Assembly: GCA_963755915.1 (NCBI GenBank)
Contig: CAVWLP010000002.1
Coordinates: forward strand, 1,920,001-1,984,000
From: an uncultured Phycisphaerales bacterium
GTDB taxonomy: Bacteria > Planctomycetota > Phycisphaerae > Tepidisphaerales > Tepidisphaeraceae
Reading direction: 5' to 3'
Length of the DNA stretch: 64,000 nucleotides
Shown here: in pieces, positions 10,243 to 20,086 of the stretch
How the letters are laid out: every line of letters starts with the position of its first letter
How positions within the stretch are numbered: the first letter of the stretch is position 1
Translations under genes and position numbers: made by a program
The notes under the pieces: generated by a model
Told to the model about the DNA's origin: nothing
The model's database searches: none
Seen by the model: the letters and a program-made list of their open reading frames with translations, nothing else

Positions 10243-10665
10243 CTAATTTTCGCCGCGCTCTCTCCCCCGCCCCCGGTACTCCGGGGGAGGGTTGGGGAGG
10301 GGGTTCTCGGTGAGGGCCTGGTAGATCGTCTCCTGCACAGCCTCCGGGAATTTAAGAATCTCGTAGTCTGAAAAGCGAAGAAGTCTGATTCCCTTCGTTG
10401 CCAGCGCCTCACTTCGCCGACGGTCGTATTCAATATTTGGCTTATCCAGATGTTGGCCGCCGTCGGCTTCTACGCCGACTCCGGCCTGCAGGCAGAGGAA
10501 GTCAATGATGTAACCTGCGACGGGGACTTGCTGGCGGAAGTGGAAACCGTCGATTTGGCCTCGCCGCAGAAGGGACCAGAGTTTTTTCTCGGCGTCGGTG
10601 GGCTGTTTTCGCATGCGGCGGGCGTAGGTGATCAGCTTGCGGGAATGATCGCGTTTGCCGGGCAT
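10243..10665 (-). CDS. DUF559 / Vsr-like endonuclease-domain protein
   Basis: 'ARRMRKQPTDAEKKLWSLLR...FRQQVPVAGYIIDFLC...VEADGGQH...YDRRR...GIRLLRF' is the DUF559 signature. Confidence 0.92.
   Translation of the reverse strand: MPGKRDHSRKLITYARRMRKQPTDAEKKLWSLLRRGQIDGFHFRQQVPVAGYIIDFLCLQAGVGVEADGGQHLDKPNIEYDRRRSEALATKGIRLLRFSDYEILKFPEAVQETIYQALTENPLPNPPPEYRGRGRERGEN
10264..10303 (-). repeat. BoxC-like palindromic repeat downstream of (and overlapping the 3' end of) DUF559
   Basis: Reverse complement CCCCCTCCCCAACCCTCCCCCGGAGTACCGGGGGCGGGGG; 38/40 identical to 10708..10747 in inverted orientation. Confidence 0.88.
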
Positions 10666-10707
10666 GCGGGAAATGTTGTTGCAGACAAATGTCAACCGTC
10701 AAGTCGG

Positions 10708-10747
10708 CCCCCTCCCCATCCCTCCCCCGGATTACCGGGGGCGGGGG
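10708..10747 (+). repeat. BoxC-like palindromic repeat upstream of DUF559
   Basis: CCCCCTCCCCATCCCTCCCCCGGATTACCGGGGGCGGGGG: pyrimidine tail plus GC hairpin. Confidence 0.88.
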
Positions 10748-10779
10748 TAAGAGGGGAGGTGCCGGTTTTGTATTTGAGA

Positions 10780-12993
10780 TTACCGCGCATCAAATCTCCT
10801 CAAATCCTCCGGCAAAATCTTATCGTTCATCTCTTCGGGGATCTGCCCAGTCGGAAACATAATCGCCAGGCGGTAGTCCTCGTAGGCGAGATCGATTCGC
10901 CCGGCCGGATCACACCACACCCGGCGGATGTCGGCGAAGGGGGGAAGGTGATTGGAGAATGTTGCATCAATGGAAAGAGGAGGGTCCTCCGAGAGGGCAA
11001 GTCGAAGCCGGGTGATCCGGCCGGTGCAGTTGAAGAGAAAGAGATGGCCATGATTGTCGGAGACGAGCTGCGCGTCTTCGCCAGGCGCGCCGGCGGCTTC
11101 ATCCGGGAGATTCCAGACGATGTTTTTGCCCGGCGAGGTTTTAGTGGCAGGCGTCTGGATGGTGATGGTGATGTGCCCGTCGAAATACTGGTTGCCGGCG
11201 GCATCCGTGCAGAGGGGGGCGGGCTGGGTGGTCGGCGGTGGGAGATCGGTGACGACGGTTTGGGATTTTTCCAGGGGTTGCCAGTCGTGGTCGTTGACGA
11301 GCCAGCGGGAGTTGCCGCGGGTGAGGGCGGGCCAATCGGTTTTGGTCCAGCCGGAGCTATTGGCGGTGTCGATGAACCAGACGGCCAAGCCCGGAGCCGG
11401 GTCGGGGACGGTGGGGTCGAGGATGAGGGTGCGGTTGGTGGAGTCATCCGTGAAGAGCCAGCGTCCGCGGCTATCGATGGCCCGCAGGCGGGTGAAATCG
11501 CGCTCGGAGAGGCGAAGCAAGGGGTCGAGAGAATCCGGCGGCAGATATCGGCAGGGGCCGTAATCGGGGTTGCTGACGACCAGCTCGTCCGCCCAGGCGC
11601 TGATGATTCCCGATGCGTTGGCGAGACGATCGACGATGACCGGGGCAAGTTCCTCCGGCGGTTTGCCGGGCTGGAGGATGAGATAATCGGGGGTGACGAC
11701 GCGTGGCGTAGCGCCTTCTTCGGGGATGGTGACACCCTGCGGGGCGGTGAAGATCATGCCGCCGTCTTTCAGGCGGGTGTTGAGGGTGAGCTGGTTGCCG
11801 TTGATGGTCATGCCGCCCAAGGTGGTGCCCTGGAGAAGCTCGTGGATTCTGGCCTGGGCTTCGGGTGGGGCGTCGGAGACGAGCTTCTGGAGGATGGGAT
11901 TTATTTTCGGGCCGAACTGAGAGAGTTGCTTGTAGGCGGCGGCGCGTTTGTCGGGGTCGTCGTCGCCGAGCTGGTCGACGAGATCGGAGACGGCTTTTTC
12001 GTCGATGTCGGGGGTGTCGAGGGTGACAAAGGAGAGGGCATCGGGGCCGTCAGTCCGGCGGATTTCCAGGACGCTGCCGTCGAGATGGGGGACGAGGTAG
12101 ATGATGTCGCCGGGCCAGGAGGCGGGGTCGAGCTGTGTCCAGGCGCCGTTGAGGTATCGGGCGACGCGCGTGGAGGAGAATTTATCGTCGGCAGGAATCC
12201 AGGCGAGGATGCCGCGGGTGTCGAAGAGAACGTCTGGGGGTTGGGAGGGGCGCGTGGTGGAGGTGGGGTCTACGAGGGGGAAATAGTCTTCGGTGATTGG
12301 CGAACTTCTCGTGGTCGCGCCGTTGGCGCGGAGGAATGGGTCCTGCCTGGCAGGGGCGGGGGAAAGAGCGGAAGAGGCGATGGTGAGGATACTGACGCCG
12401 TTGTCGGTGGGGACGATGAGGCGGAGGTTGGTGCCATCCTGCCAGGTTTGGGCGAGGTCCCAATGGTAGTTGCGATGCCAGGGGATGGGAGTGGTGGATT
12501 GGGCGGAGACGATTTCAAAGCCGGAGGAATTTTTGCAGACGGCGGAGGGTTGCCAGGCGCCGTGGGAATCGAGGGACCAGATGACGTAGAAGATGGGGCG
12601 ATCGACGAGGTGCTCGCTTTCGCCGCCGGCGCGGGCGAGAACGGTGGGAAGGGGGTCGGCTTTTTTGGAGGCTATCCAGAGATCGCCGCGGGTGCAGACA
12701 AAGAGGGGTTCGGTGAGGAGGATGTGGGCGGCGTCGTTGAGATCGACGGGCGTGCCCCACGGGCGCGTGTCGGGATAGTTATGGAAGTCGGCGTGGAGAA
12801 GCTGGCCGTAGGTTTGGAGATTGGGGGCGGGAGCGGTGGTGGCGATGGATTGGGTGGTGGCCGGGAGGGTTTGGGCGACCGCGGGTTTGGGGGGTGGCGG
12901 CGGTGGGGCTTGTTGGGTGCCGAAGAAATAGAGGACGGCGCCGCCGACGATGATGGCGAGGAGGAGGGTGATGAGGAGGCGCGGGGGGGTCAT
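10780..12993 (-). CDS. Hypothetical membrane-anchored protein with a HEAT-like helical segment
   Basis: 737 aa, N-terminal TM helix, Pro/Thr linker ('PATTQS'), 'LVDQLGDDDPDKRAAAYKQLSQFG' HEAT-like repeat; strong GC3 bias on this frame. Confidence 0.75.
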   Translation of the reverse strand: MTPPRLLITLLLAIIVGGAVLYFFGTQQAPPPPPPKPAVAQTLPATTQSIATTAPAPNLQTYGQLLHADFHNYPDTRPWGTPVDLNDAAHILLTEPLFVCTRGDLWIASKKADPLPTVLARAGGESEHLVDRPIFYVIWSLDSHGAWQPSAVCKNSSGFEIVSAQSTTPIPWHRNYHWDLAQTWQDGTNLRLIVPTDNGVSILTIASSALSPAPARQDPFLRANGATTRSSPITEDYFPLVDPTSTTRPSQPPDVLFDTRGILAWIPADDKFSSTRVARYLNGAWTQLDPASWPGDIIYLVPHLDGSVLEIRRTDGPDALSFVTLDTPDIDEKAVSDLVDQLGDDDPDKRAAAYKQLSQFGPKINPILQKLVSDAPPEAQARIHELLQGTTLGGMTINGNQLTLNTRLKDGGMIFTAPQGVTIPEEGATPRVVTPDYLILQPGKPPEELAPVIVDRLANASGIISAWADELVVSNPDYGPCRYLPPDSLDPLLRLSERDFTRLRAIDSRGRWLFTDDSTNRTLILDPTVPDPAPGLAVWFIDTANSSGWTKTDWPALTRGNSRWLVNDHDWQPLEKSQTVVTDLPPPTTQPAPLCTDAAGNQYFDGHITITIQTPATKTSPGKNIVWNLPDEAAGAPGEDAQLVSDNHGHLFLFNCTGRITRLRLALSEDPPLSIDATFSNHLPPFADIRRVWCDPAGRIDLAYEDYRLAIMFPTGQIPEEMNDKILPEDLRRFDAR

Positions 12994-13004
12994 GGCAGAT
13001 TATG

Positions 13005-13114
13005 GTAAATGGCGATTGCCGATTGCCAAATGCCAATTGCCGAATGAAATCCCAGTCTGTCGGCGTCTTCTGTCTTCATTCGGCATTTGGCAATCGGCAT
13101 TCGGCATTAGTCAT
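13005..13114. repeat. Inverted pair of heptamer tandem arrays (ATTGCCR-like / CGGCATT-like)
   Basis: 'gattgcc gattgcc aaatgcc aattgcc gaatg' followed by 'cattcgg catttgg caatcgg cattcgg catt'. Confidence 0.8.
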
Positions 13115-13221
13115 GACGGAATGGAAGGCTCTCGATTGAACAAGAATTGTCACCAATCCCAACCGATTCTCCTATTGAATTGCCGGTGCGGGGGCAGGAT
13201 ATTGTCCTTTCCGGAGAAATC

Positions 13222-14535
13222 ATGAGCAATCAATCTATCCCACGGCAGAAATTGGCGGAAACGGTGTCGGCGGCCCTGAGCAGCCAGAGCATCGTGGACA
13301 TGCATACGCATCTTTATCCCCCGACGTTTGGCACACCGGTGCCGAATGCGACGGGGAAGACCGACCCGGCAGGGCTGATGCTCTGGGGCGTGGATGAGTT
13401 GGTGACGTATCACTATCTGGTGGCCGAGGTCTATCGCGTGGTGCCGGCGACGAAGCTGCCGTACGAGCAGTTCTGGAAGATGAGCAAGCAGCAGCAGGCG
13501 GACCATATCTGGAAGCACCTGTTTGTGGAGAACACGCCGGTGAGCGAGGCTTGCCGGGGGGTGCTGACGACGCTCCAGCTTCTGGGGCTGGATCCGAACG
13601 AAAAATCGCTGGATGCCTATCGCCCGTTTTTCGCAAAGCAGGATCCGGGCAAATATATCGATAAGGTGATGGAGCTTTCGAATGTCTCGTCGATCACCAT
13701 GACCAATCCGGTCTTTGACGACAACGAGCGCGAGCGCTGGCTGAAGGGAATCCCGGCGGATTCGCGGTTCAAGGGCGTGCTGCGGATCGACCCGCTGCTT
13801 CGCGCCTGGCCGACGGCGGCGAAGAAGATGGCGGGGTGGGGATATAAGGTTTCGGAGGAGATTTCATCTTTGACCATCGAGGAGATTCAGCGGCTGCTGC
13901 GGGAGTGGATCGATCGTCAGAAGGCGATTTACCTGGCGGTGAGCCTGCCGCCGGATTTCAGATATCCGGCCGGCAATGATCCGGTTGAGAAGGCCGGCCA
14001 GACGGTTCTGGAGAAGGCGGTGCTGCCGGTGTGCGCAGAGCGCGGGTTGCCGTTTGCGATGATGATTGGGTCGAGGATGCGTGTGAATCCAGGGCTGCGG
14101 GATGCGGGAGATATGTGCGGGAAATCGGATATTCTTTCCGTGGTGAATCTGTGCCGGGAATTTCCCAAGAATAAATTCTTCCTGACGATGCTGGCCCGCG
14201 AGAACCAGCATGAGGTGTGCGTCGCGGCCAGAAAGTTCGGCAACCTGATGGTTTTCGGATGCTGGTGGTTCGTCAATAATCCGAGCCTGATCGAGGAAAT
14301 CGAGCGGATGCGGATGGAGCTTCTGGGGACCAGCTTTATTCCGCAGCATTCCGATGCGCGGGTGCTGGATCAGTTGGTTTATAAATGGACCCACAGCCGG
14401 CGGATTTTGGCGAAGGTTTTGACGGATAAATATAGCGATCTTTCGGAGACCGGCCGGCGGGTGACGGCGGAGGACATCCAGCGCGACGTTCGGCTCATGC
14501 TCAAGGACAATTTCGTAAATTTTCTGAGCCGCTGA
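13222..14535 (+). CDS. uxaC: Uronate (glucuronate) isomerase, amidohydrolase superfamily
   Basis: 'DMHTH', 'ELVTYHYLVAE', 'GCWWF' and 'HSDARVLDQL' motifs. Confidence 0.85.
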   Translation: MSNQSIPRQKLAETVSAALSSQSIVDMHTHLYPPTFGTPVPNATGKTDPAGLMLWGVDELVTYHYLVAEVYRVVPATKLPYEQFWKMSKQQQADHIWKHLFVENTPVSEACRGVLTTLQLLGLDPNEKSLDAYRPFFAKQDPGKYIDKVMELSNVSSITMTNPVFDDNERERWLKGIPADSRFKGVLRIDPLLRAWPTAAKKMAGWGYKVSEEISSLTIEEIQRLLREWIDRQKAIYLAVSLPPDFRYPAGNDPVEKAGQTVLEKAVLPVCAERGLPFAMMIGSRMRVNPGLRDAGDMCGKSDILSVVNLCREFPKNKFFLTMLARENQHEVCVAARKFGNLMVFGCWWFVNNPSLIEEIERMRMELLGTSFIPQHSDARVLDQLVYKWTHSRRILAKVLTDKYSDLSETGRRVTAEDIQRDVRLMLKDNFVNFLSR

Positions 14536-14580
14536 GGCGGGGCTTTTGACGTTTGCCCGCTGGTGTTCTACCCTTCGGGC

Positions 14581-15915
14581 ATGACGAAATTCAAAGATGT
14601 AAAAGTCCCGTCTGAGGGTCAAACGATTTCGATTTCCGGGGGCAAGCTCCAGGTGCCGGACCGGCCCGTTATCCCGTTTATTGAGGGGGATGGCACGGGC
14701 CCGGACATCTGGCGGGCGAGCCAGCGCGTCTTCGATGCGGCGGTGGAAAAATCGTACGGCGGGAAGAAGAAGATCGCGTGGATGGAAGTCTTTGCCGGGG
14801 AGAAAAGTTTCAAGCAGTTCAACAACTGGCTGCCGGACGACACGGTGGCGGCGTTCAGGGAATTTCTGGTGGGGATCAAGGGGCCGCTGACGACGCCGGT
14901 GGGCGGGGGGATTCGGTCGCTGAACGTGGCGCTGCGGCAGATGCTGGATCTTTATGTATGTCTGCGTCCGGTGCGGTATTTTAAGGGCGTCCCTTCGCCG
15001 GTGAAGAAGCCGGAGAAGGTGGATATGGTGATCTTCCGCGAGAATACGGAAGACATTTACGCGGGAATCGAATACCAGGCGGGATCGCCCGAGGCGAAGA
15101 AGATCCTCGATTTTTTTGAGAAGGAATTTCCGAAGGAATTTAAGAAGATTCGCTTCGGCATGCAGGCGGCGCTGAACGATTGGCAGGCGGCGCTGGAAAA
15201 GATCGGGGCTCCGAAGCGCGAGCTGCCGATCCAGATGGGCCTTGGACTGAAGCCGGTTTCGTATGCTGGAACGGAGCGGTTGGTGTACACGGCTATTGGG
15301 TACGCGATTAAGCACAAGCGCAAGTCGGTGACGCTGGTCCACAAGGGGAACATCATGAAGTTCACCGAGGGGGCTTTTCGGGACTGGGGGTACAAGGTCG
15401 CCAAGGATTTTTACGGGGCGGTGGAAATCGACGGCGGGCCGTGGTGCAAGATTCCTGATGGGAAGCCGGGGGCGGGGCTGGTGATCAAGGACGCGATTGC
15501 GGATATCACGCTTCAGCAGGTGCTGACCCGGCCGGAGGATTTTGATGTCATCGCCACGCTGAACCTGAACGGCGATTATCTTTCGGATGCTTTAGCGGCA
15601 CAGGTTGGCGGGATCGGGATCGCTCCGGGCGGAAATATCAATTACGTCACTGGTCACGCGGTCTTCGAGGCGACACATGGAACCGCCCCAAAATATGCCA
15701 ACCAGGACGTCGTAAACCCCGGCAGCGTCGTTCTCTCCGGCGTGATGATGCTGGAATACATGGGTTGGCAGGAGGCGGCGGACCGGATCCTTCGCGGGCT
15801 GGAGAAAGCGATTGCCGCCAAGACCGTGACGTATGATTTCGCCCGGCAGATGGAGGGGGCGAAGCAGATTAAGTGCGGCGAGTTTGGGTCGGCGATTATT
15901 GCTAACATGGATTGA
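14581..15915 (+). CDS. icd: NADP-dependent isocitrate dehydrogenase
   Basis: '[14 protein letters not shown]', '[21 protein letters not shown]', 'NLNGDYLSD', '[11 protein letters not shown]'. Confidence 0.97.
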   Translation: MTKFKDVKVPSEGQTISISGGKLQVPDRPVIPFIEGDGTGPDIWRASQRVFDAAVEKSYGGKKKIAWMEVFAGEKSFKQFNNWLPDDTVAAFREFLVGIKGPLTTPVGGGIRSLNVALRQMLDLYVCLRPVRYFKGVPSPVKKPEKVDMVIFRENTEDIYAGIEYQAGSPEAKKILDFFEKEFPKEFKKIRFGMQAALNDWQAALEKIGAPKRELPIQMGLGLKPVSYAGTERLVYTAIGYAIKHKRKSVTLVHKGNIMKFTEGAFRDWGYKVAKDFYGAVEIDGGPWCKIPDGKPGAGLVIKDAIADITLQQVLTRPEDFDVIATLNLNGDYLSDALAAQVGGIGIAPGGNINYVTGHAVFEATHGTAPKYANQDVVNPGSVVLSGVMMLEYMGWQEAADRILRGLEKAIAAKTVTYDFARQMEGAKQIKCGEFGSAIIANMD

Positions 15916-16194
15916 ACAATTTTTGGCTTCCAAAGACGGGGCAAGCGGACGACTCGATGAGCCTTAAAGGGTGGTCCAATAAACGTGCCCGACCGAAGTC
16001 TTGATAGCCCGTCACCCTTTATCCGTTGCGGCCGCTTAGTTCGTCCGAAAAATCTGGCGGCCAGGGGCATTCAATACCCGAATAAACCTTGACACCCCGT
16101 GAAAATCGGCCTAATTTTTAGGGTGACCGGGGGTTTGGTGCGTCCGGCACGCGGGGTGAGCGGCCTCGACGTGTGGTATTCTGTAAAGTTGGCT

Positions 16195-17497
16195 ATGTCA
16201 CGCGTGCCAAATCCAAACCCGGGCTCCGGTGACAAAGGCGCTTTAGCTTCGTCCAGCTTCGATACCGAAATCGGCAAGTTCGCCGTCGACATGGGCCTCG
16301 TCACCCGCGGCGAAGTCGACTTCTGCCGGGAACAGCAGAAGCAGGCCTCCGATCCCAACCACCGCAGCCTTAGCGATCTCCTCGTAGAAAACAGTTTTCT
16401 CACCAACAACCAGGCCAAGCGTCTCCGCCAGGTGGTGGTCGACGGGAAGTCGAGCCGAATCCCGGGATATGAACTGATGAAACAGGTGGGCAAAGGCGCC
16501 ATGGCCACCGTCTATCGCGCCCGCCAAAACTCCCTCGACCGCATCGTCGCGATCAAAATCCTGCCCAAGAAAATGGGGGACAACCGGGATTTCGTGGAGC
16601 GATTCTATAAGGAAGGAAAAGCCGCCGCCCGGCTCAGTCATAACAACATCGTGCAGGCGATCGACGTGGGTGAGTCTCCCGACGGGGTTCACTATTTCGT
16701 CATGGAATTTGTGGAAGGCAAGACGCTGTACGACCTGATGGCCGCGCCGCCCGCCGGCGAGGGGAAGAGTTTTTCGGAGGCGGAGGTGCTCGACGTTGGG
16801 ATCCAGATGGCCGATGCGCTGGCCCACGCCCATCAGCGCGGGCTCATTCACCGCGACGTGAAGCCGAAGAATATCATTCTTACGCCCAAGGGCGTGGCGA
16901 AGCTGACCGATCTGGGTCTGGCGCGCCAGGTGGACGACAAGCAAGCCGCCGAGATGGAAGCCGGCAAAGCGTACGGCACGCCGTATTACATCAGCCCGGA
17001 GCAGATTCGCGGCGACGTGGACATCGATTTCCGGGCGGATATTTATTCTCTGGGGGCGACGCTTTACCACCTGGCCACGGGCCGGCCGCCGTTTGAGGGG
17101 GATACGCCATCGAACGTGATGCACCAGCATCTCAAGCAGCCGCTAGTGCCGGCGGATCATATCAACACGGCGCTTTCCGCCGGGGTGGGAGAGATTATCG
17201 ACGTCGCCATGGCCAAGCGCCGCGAGGACCGGTATCAATCGACGGAGCAGATGCTGGAAGACCTGCGGCTGGTGGCCAAGAACGAAGCCGCCGAGATATG
17301 CCCGCCGCGCCGTCGATCTGGAATCGCTGGCGAAGATTGAAGAGACGGGCAAGACCGTCGATCTGGTTCCCTCTCCGGGGCCGACGCCGGAAGGCGGTTG
17401 GCGCTCGCCGTCGGGAATGATGCTCGCCTGGGCCGCGGGGGCGGAATTATTTGTCATCCTCATCCTTGTTATTTTGCTGATTCTATTGCACAAATAG
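16195..17497 (+). CDS. Hanks-type Ser/Thr protein kinase with C-terminal TM helix (frameshift near 17290)
   Basis: GKGAMATV, VAIK, HRDVKPKN, DLGLA, GTPYYISPEQ; a hydrophobic tail 'LFVILILVILLILLHK' follows in a shifted frame. Confidence 0.88.
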
Positions 17498-17500
17498 CCC

Positions 17501-18383
17501 ATGCCTGATCGGCTTGGCTTTATTGGGATGGGGATCATGGGCGGCGCTATGGCGTCGCGCCTGCTCGAAGCGCAGCTATCCGCTGACCATTCATTCGCGC
17601 ACGAAGGCGAAGGCGTCGCGCCTTATTGCCCGCGGGGCGAAGTTCGTCGAATCTCCTGCGCTGGTGGCATCTGATAGCGATATCGTTTTCATCTGCGTGA
17701 CGGATACGCCGGACGTGGAAGCCGTCGTGTGCGGCAGCGATGGGCTTGCCTCGCGGGCGCGCGGCGGACTGATCGTGGTCGATCACTCCACGATTTCCCC
17801 AAGCTGCACGCGCGAGCTGGCGGAAGAACTCTCGAAGCAGGGGGTGAAAATGCTCGACGCCCCGGTCAGCGGCGGCGACGTGGGGGCGAAAAACGGCACG
17901 CTGTCGATCATGGTGGGCGGGGAGATGGAAGCGTTCAACCGCGTCGAGCCGCTGCTGCGGATCATGGGGACCACCATCACCTACTGCGGCCCCAGCGGTT
18001 GCGGGCAACTCACCAAGCTGGTGAACCAGATCCTTGTGAGCGTGACCAACATGGCGGTCTGCGAAGCGCTGGTCTTTGCCCGCAAGAATGGGCTGGACGT
18101 GGAGAAGACGATCGCCGCCCTCTCCGCCGGTGCGGCGGGATCGTGGCAACTCTCAAACCTGGGCCCGCGCATGGCGGCGGGAGATATGCGGCCGGGGTTC
18201 ATGATCAATCTTCAGCAGAAGGATTTGCGACTGGTGCTGCGATGTGCGGAGGAGTCGAACACCTCACTGCCGGCGGCGAGCCTGGTACACCAGCTCTTTA
18301 CGGCCGCCCAGGCCGCGGGGCATGGCAGGGATGGGACGCAGGCGCTGTTTACGGTTGTGGAGAAGCTGGCGAGCGTGCATTAG
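17501..18383 (+). CDS. NAD(P)-dependent beta-hydroxyacid dehydrogenase (3-hydroxyisobutyrate dehydrogenase / tartronate semialdehyde reductase family; frameshift near 17570)
   Basis: ATG 17501 gives 'MPDRLGFIGMGIMGGAMA' Rossmann motif; the shifted frame has 'DAPVSGG', 'KLVNQ', 'QKDL'. Confidence 0.9.
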
Positions 18384-18443
18384 AAGCGGTGCAAAGGACG
18401 CGCGGGTGAGCGATGTTGACCCGATGCACGGGGATGACGATAA

Positions 18444-18472
18444 TGTACATGATGGCTATCATAGGCATCATG
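18444..18472. promoter_or_regulatory. Probable toxin-antitoxin autorepression operator
   Basis: TGTACA hexamer overlapping the palindrome CATGATG-GCTAT-C-ATAGG-CATCATG immediately upstream of the antitoxin start. Confidence 0.55.
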
Positions 18473-18477
18473 GAAAT

Positions 18478-18735
18478 ATGACCGTCAACATCGTAAAAAT
18501 TCGATCTTATCTTGCGGACACGATCAATCGGGTCGCCTATCAGGGGGAACGGGTTGTCCTTGAGCGGCGGGGCAAGGGCGTGGCGGCGCTGGTTTCCATG
18601 GAAGATCTGGCCTTGCTCGAGAAGATCGAGGAGGAAGCCGATGCCAAGGCGGCCCGGAGAGCGTTGGCGCGGATGAAGGCGAAGAAGGAAAAGCCGATCC
18701 CCTGGGTGAAAGTTAAAGCGGAACTGGGCCTTTGA
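18478..18735 (+). CDS. Phd/YefM-family antitoxin
   Basis: 'IRSYLADTINRVAYQGERVVLERRGKGVAALVSMED' Phd fold; 'IPWVKVKAELGL' tail; overlaps the toxin start. Confidence 0.88.
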   Translation: MTVNIVKIRSYLADTINRVAYQGERVVLERRGKGVAALVSMEDLALLEKIEEEADAKAARRALARMKAKKEKPIPWVKVKAELGL

Positions 18736-18992
18736 ACGGGCGATGGACTGTATCCGTCCTGCCGCAGGCGGCGGCGCAGCTCAAAAAACTGGACAAGCCC
18801 ATAGCCCGTCGCATCGGCGAAGCGATCACCGCTCTGGGCGAAAATCCGCGTCCGCCTGGCAGCAAAAAGCTCGTGGGAGTCGATGCCTGGCGAATTCGCA
18901 TCGGTGATTGGCGGGTCATATATCAAATTCACGACGACCGGCTGGTAGTGCTTGTCGTCCGAGTCGGCCATCGCCGCGATGTGTACGATTGA
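18732..18992 (+). CDS. RelE/ParE-family toxin
   Basis: 'NPRPPGSKKL...WRIRIGDWRVIY...VVRVGHRRDVY'. Confidence 0.92.
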   Translation: MNGRWTVSVLPQAAAQLKKLDKPIARRIGEAITALGENPRPPGSKKLVGVDAWRIRIGDWRVIYQIHDDRLVVLVVRVGHRRDVYD

Positions 18993-18994
18993 GT

Positions 18995-19840
18995 CTATGC
19001 CGCCGCGAGGACCACAAGTTTCTGGCTCGGCATATCCACTTCGGCAATCCGCTCTTTCGAGAAATTCAGCACCGCCAGTTCCACGTCGCTGAGGAATTTA
19101 GTGAAGAATTGGCGAAGCTGGTCATTCATTTGCAGTGAGCAAATCTGATTGATGCCCGTGCGGACGGCGTTGAATTGGGCGCGAACTCCGCCGTCCGGCC
19201 CGTCGAGGCCCATCGGGTCGTTGCTGAAAATGCCGGAGGCGCGGATGGTTGCGATCCGCAGGCCGACGGCCGCGGCGGCGCTCTCGAATTCGTAGCGGCT
19301 GCGCACCAGCATCCAGTTGGTTCGCATGCTCGTGCGCGGCATATATTCCGTGGTCACGATCCGCCCGCCGGGGGCGAGGTGATTGGCCAGATTCTTCATC
19401 GCCACCGAAAACCGGTCGGGCTCGGGGATGTGGAACAGGACGTTCATCACGTTGATCAGGTCAAACTTGTGCCCGAGGTTGAGCGCCGGATCGGTGAGGT
19501 CGGCAACGCGGAATTCGGTCGTCGTTTTCGCGTGATTGGCGTAACGTCTTTTGAGCAGTTCGATGGAAGCCGAAGTGAAGTCAATGCCGGCGAGAAGGGC
19601 GGGGGAGAAATGGTTGAGGAAGAAACGCGTCCAGCGTCCGGAGCCGCAGCCGACGTCGAGAACCTTGCCGCCGGTGACGGTGATTTTCAGATCGTTCAAA
19701 AGCTGCTGGTAGAGGGGGTAAAGAACGGCATCCTCAACCGCGCTGGAGTAGGCCAGGGCGGCATCGTCGGCGGCTTTTTCGTCGAGCTGCCTCCACGCCT
19801 GCTCGTAGTGGTTGCGAATGTCTTCCTGCATCATGGGCAT
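18995..19840 (-). CDS. Class I SAM-dependent methyltransferase
   Basis: 'VLDVGCGSG', 'GIDF', 'VLFHI', 'LAPGG'. Confidence 0.88.
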   Translation of the reverse strand: MPMMQEDIRNHYEQAWRQLDEKAADDAALAYSSAVEDAVLYPLYQQLLNDLKITVTGGKVLDVGCGSGRWTRFFLNHFSPALLAGIDFTSASIELLKRRYANHAKTTTEFRVADLTDPALNLGHKFDLINVMNVLFHIPEPDRFSVAMKNLANHLAPGGRIVTTEYMPRTSMRTNWMLVRSRYEFESAAAAVGLRIATIRASGIFSNDPMGLDGPDGGVRAQFNAVRTGINQICSLQMNDQLRQFFTKFLSDVELAVLNFSKERIAEVDMPSQKLVVLAAA

Positions 19841-19925
19841 GGCCGCCGCCTTTGTTATTGGACCTTGGGTGTTTTCGGCGTTTTAGGAGGGATTGGGTGA
19901 GTTTTTTGTCGGGTGGCGGCGGCGG

Positions 19926-20085
19926 AAACCAGAAATCGGAAACCAGAATGACGAATCAATTCAGAATGACGAATATCCGAATGAAGTGAGCCTCTCCATT
20001 CAGTCATTCTGGTTTCGGGCTTGATTCCCTTCGGGTCTGAGCCTCAGGGTCGAAGACGGGATTCTGGTTTCTGGTTTCGGACTTC
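19926..20085. repeat. Inverted heptamer arrays (AAACCAG/AATGACG-like) with an inserted REP-like palindrome
   Basis: 'aaaccag aaatcgg aaaccag aatgacg' ... 'attctgg tttctgg tttcgg'; insert CCCTTCGGGTCTGAGCCTCAGGGTCGAAGACGGG at ~20027..20060. Confidence 0.75.
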
Positions 20086-20086
20086 C

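Noticed and set aside
10450-13008. 852-aa plus-strand ORF
   Set aside because: Antisense shadow of the 10780..12993 and DUF559 genes; Gly/Val/Asp-rich composition typical of the reverse frame in high-GC DNA.
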